A DNA stretch of 64,000 nucleotides from Podarcis erhardii (lineage: Eukaryota), in the NCBI GenBank assembly GCA_964252035.1, contig OZ176211.1, one strand, 5' to 3'. How positions within the stretch are numbered: the stretch's first letter is position 1; every line of letters begins with the position of its first letter. The translations under genes and the position numbers were made by a program. The notes under the pieces were generated by a model. The model searched no databases. It saw only the letters and a program-made list of their open reading frames with translations, and was not told where the DNA came from. This document shows positions 60,201-64,000 of the stretch, piece by piece.

Positions 60201-63200
60201 AAGCTCTCCTAAATTCTTGGATTGCTTGTTGTATTTGATTCATACCAGATACTTCCTTTGAATTGAAAATGTAGAACAATAGCTCTTGTCTTTGTATGGG
60301 TTCCTTTTAGCTTATTTTGTGAATATGGAGTGCTGGCCCTGCTGTAATTGAAGCAGACAGTTTGTAACAAATTAAGCATCAAAACATGTGGGCTTGAAAG
60401 TAGCTTTTGTCACGACACTTCATAAATATAATTACTATTATGACTTTCTGTCCTGTACAATATCTCTCTTCATTGTGTACACTGTATGAGCTGGGCTTTT
60501 AAGGCAAAGCCTAGAACAGACTCATTTGTTTAAGATCCCATGGGAAAATCAGGTACCGGGTGTGCCTCAGATCTACTGTTGCTTGTGCCAGAGAAAGAGG
60601 CAGATTATTACCATAAGAAACATGGTTAGTATTCTGTATTTTGAGCCTTCCTGACAACTTTAGCCAAATTTGAAAAATAAGATATTTGATTCACACTGTA
60701 ACTACTAAGCAAAGCTTCAAGCAAGACTACTTGCTTTGTGGTAGTCTTACACAAATGGGCACCTGTTAGCCACTTCTGAGGAAATGTGGAATGAGTTTGC
60801 CCAGGGCCAGTTGAGTAGCTGTTGTTTACAAAGCAACAAGCCATTGTTGATAATCCACAGCTCAAGACAGCACTTGTGTTGGCCAAGAGACTAGCTTCTT
60901 AGAGCTGATAATAAGGCAGCTTTTTGTGATGTGTGGCTACTATTTTGCAGCTGCTCCATAGCAAGATCCATATGGAGTCGGAGCTTATAAAAGGATCCAA
61001 CATCCGACTGGGTTAGCAAACCTTTCACTTTTGGAAAGGATCTTGTTAAATCTAAAACATTGCTTAAAATGCATTTGCATTTCTCATAGAAGTCACATCA
61101 TCTTCTGTGGAAATCTGCAGCCGAATCCAAGAGATATGGAGACTAGCTGTGGAGAGATAGAGAAGTTATTTTAATATACTTGGACTTATGCTTGGTTATT
61201 TTTATATAACATTGACTAAGGACCAGGTCTCCATATTAATACCAGTTCCCCATTACTTGAATTACATAATATGGTGTAATTTGCTCCACTTTTGTTGGTA
61301 ATAATGTGCCTGATCTTAACTGTATTGACCTCATTACATTTTCAAGATGTTGTTCAAACCATTTGCCAATCTATACAATTCTTTGTTCTGCTGATGGTGA
61401 ATTTAAACTACAGAGACCCTCATTGATTTGCTTGCTTTTCTGCTGCTCGTAAGCCATATGTATCCCAAGTATTTTTGGCTCCCACTTTTCTGGTCAATGC
61501 CTTAGTTCAAGTTGCTTTCTCTAATTTAAGTGGTATTTGTTGTCTGAGTTAAGAGCATCAATACTGACTTGGACCCCCCCCCCCCAAAAAAATTGGTGGT
61601 TAGTTTCTATAGTTATGACATGTGCAGCATTTTAGAAAGTCGTATCTGGATTCTTTTATTTTATTTCTAAGGAGAATCAGTAGTTGCCAGTGATGTGCCG
61701 CTGTTCTTGTTGCACCGGCATCATTGCAGTTTACCTGGACAGAGGTGGGATAGAGCAGAGTGGCAGCAAGATTAGACCTGCCCAGATGTACCATGCTCCT
61801 GCACAGAACTGTATCCACTGGTACGTACACATAACCCCAAAATTGCTGCTACTCTACGCCGCCCCAGGCTCTTCAGGTAAACTCACGTTGGGTAGGTGCC
61901 TCTGTGGTTGTGCCCCATCACGCTGACTGCTATTGAGGAACAGCCATGGTTGCACATTCATGTTACATGCACCTGTTAACTCAGAGTTACATTTGATGCA
62001 TCTGTGGAAGTGGACTGTGGTTCATGAAAGCGAAGGCCATAATAAACCGATTAGGTGCCACAAGACTGGTGGTATTTTTTGCTACAGCAGATTCACATTC
62101 TTACCCTTCTGGAAATGGTTACAACTCTGGTGTGATTCCTTTAATGTAATTACACAACAGTCATACCTCATGTTGTGTTAGGTTCATGTTATGTCTTTTC
62201 GGCTTGCGAATGCGGCAAACCCAGAAGTGTATACTTCCGGGTTTTGCTGCATGCACAAAAACGTTCTGCTCGCTTTGCGTGTGCGCAGAAGCATTCTGCA
62301 TGCTTTACACATGTGCAGAAGTGCTCTATCTATACGGACTTTTTGGGGTGCGAATGTCACCCCAGAATGGATCGTGTCCGTAACTAGAGGTACCACTGTA
62401 CATCCTCAAAATATTTTGAAGATAGCAGATTTTAGGTTTTAGTCTTGATGGTTCATTCGTGTTTGTGGTATCAGTGATTGTGTTCCTAGTCTTTCTTCGG
62501 GCTCTGAGTTGTTTTAAATTTACATGTATACCGACCCATTTTCACTGAAGAGCTGCTTGCTGAAACTTCAAAGCATGTAGATCTTTAGCAATTCAATCTG
62601 GAACAACATCTAGCATTATCTCATAGGGCATAGGCTGTCCTTCTGATGGGCATTCTAATACTTGTTCCTTGCTTGTTATATGCTTTTAAAATGCTGTAGC
62701 TGATTCTGCTGATTTATGATCGTGCCATGTGGGGTAATAGCTACTAAGATAATCACTTTGGCACACTTTTCTTCCAAGAAAAGCAAAGCGTGGTGCTCAT
62801 AAAAGATTATTGCTAATGGTCAGTGAAACCTGGAGATATATTATCTATATTACTTGACAGAGCCGGCCCAGCCGTTAGGCAACATTATGTTATTCCACAC
62901 CATTCCTTTCAATGCAAAGTCAATTAATTTCAATAATCAATTGTATATTGTTTGTGGACTCCAAGCAGCACTGAAACTGAATGCTGATTGTGTTTGCTGG
63001 ATTGATTTCTGTCCTGGACATGGGATGAATAAGCAAAGATTGGCAATTTCTGCTCCCATTTCCATTTTTGTCAGAATTCTCTGACATTGCTAAGTTCCAG
63101 AGGAAGAATCACCTGAATCACAAGTACATCTCCATTTTACTAGATCTGAACAACTTTGTAAAATGTACGAAGTGGCTCTTTGGCTGTTTACTCGACATTT

Positions 63201-63935
63201 TAAATAGTGGTGTAGCTTCCTTTTAAAAATTCCTAATTAAATGATAATAATTCTATCCTTAGCTATCAGATATACACTTGTTCTTTTCTGGCCATAAGAA
63301 CATGTGATTTTAATCCATCTTTCGTACTGGTTTGGCTGCTTCATACACAATCTGCTTTATCCTGTCACTTGTACACACATGACAGGTGCAGTTTCATTCT
63401 TCACTTATTGCCAGAGCATTCATTGCTATCAGAGTCTGTTCCTGAAAATAGCATTACTTATCTTAAATCTGTTTTTCAATTATTGGCCATGTTCTGATTT
63501 CAGATTCTTTTTCTCAGGCTTTATACTTCATATGTAAATAAAAGTCTATTCTTGCTGCCTAGTTTTTCTTCCTCTGTTATCACTGTCAGTTGCAGACAAT
63601 TAAGTTGAACAATGGGAGCTTTTTTGTGTTTTTTTGTAGGCATGGTTTTAATCCTGCTCTATATTCTGTGTAGGATTCACAGCTCTTCTACTAAAAACAT
63701 CACCCTAATTATTGCGGAAAACTTTGTTGTAATTCAGCTTCATTGCTATGTTAGTGGGGAATATATTCTAACATTTCCTTAATTGTTTTTGTAGCCAGCT
63801 TGGTCTCATGGTTTTTTGTTGTTTTTTCCAAGTTCTGCATTCTTTTCTTTTTTTTGTCAAAGGAAGCTTCTGCCTTCTGTCTTGGGATCCAGTCGTGATT
63901 GCAAGGGTAAGAGGAAGAAATGCATTTGCTGTAAG

Positions 63936-63998
63936 AGAAGGCTGGATGTACTGGAAAACCAGAAAACCAGAAGGCTGGATGTACTGGAAAACCAGAAA
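63936..63998. repeat. Perfect 30-bp direct duplication (33-bp period)
   Basis: agaaggctggatgtactggaaaaccagaaa at 63936-63965 and 63969-63998. Confidence 0.9.
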
Positions 63999-64000
63999 GC

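Noticed and set aside
61684-61926. QFTWT-like codons suggesting a retroviral RT fragment
   Set aside because: A stop follows within four codons and no other RT motifs are nearby.
62544-62582. CTGAAGA...GAAAC resembling a hammerhead ribozyme core
   Set aside because: Stems I, II and III cannot be formed convincingly.
1-64000. CRISPR arrays, rRNA genes, operons or other prokaryotic systems
   Set aside because: The window is spliceosomal-intron-containing vertebrate DNA; repeated units are dispersed TEs or microsatellites, not repeat-spacer arrays.

Overview
Vertebrate genomic DNA, most likely from a squamate and probably a lacertid lizard (inferred from Sauria-type SINEs and BovB/RTE remnants). 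Two genes face head-to-head. On the minus strand are eight consecutive coding exons of CPVL (serine carboxypeptidase, S10 family; 888 nt = 296 codons, 14361 down to 1381, including WLQGGPG and the catalytic GESYAG motif); the 3' exons lie left of the window. On the plus strand is a CpG island holding the first coding exon of CHN2 (beta2-chimaerin, MATSSNSSLSGSSVSS, 48172-48220), followed by intron to the window end. A second GC-rich promoter-like patch at ~28.0-28.4 kb probably holds CPVL's non-coding exon 1. The rest is dense in transposable elements: two young 5'-truncated L1s of different lineages, BovB and L2/CR1 fragments, Sauria, tRNA-Lys and MIR-like SINEs, and many hAT and Tc1/mariner MITEs with readable TSDs. 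Notable points: (1) both young L1s sit inside RTE/BovB-family retroposons, each with its own TSD inside the host's TSDs; (2) one insertion creates an uninterrupted 598-codon BovB-L1 fusion ORF; (3) CPVL needs a GC-AG intron; (4) the CHN2 leader carries a G-quadruplex motif, a 17-bp CAG/CTG hairpin and a strong-Kozak uORF. All calls are by eye; no database search was run.
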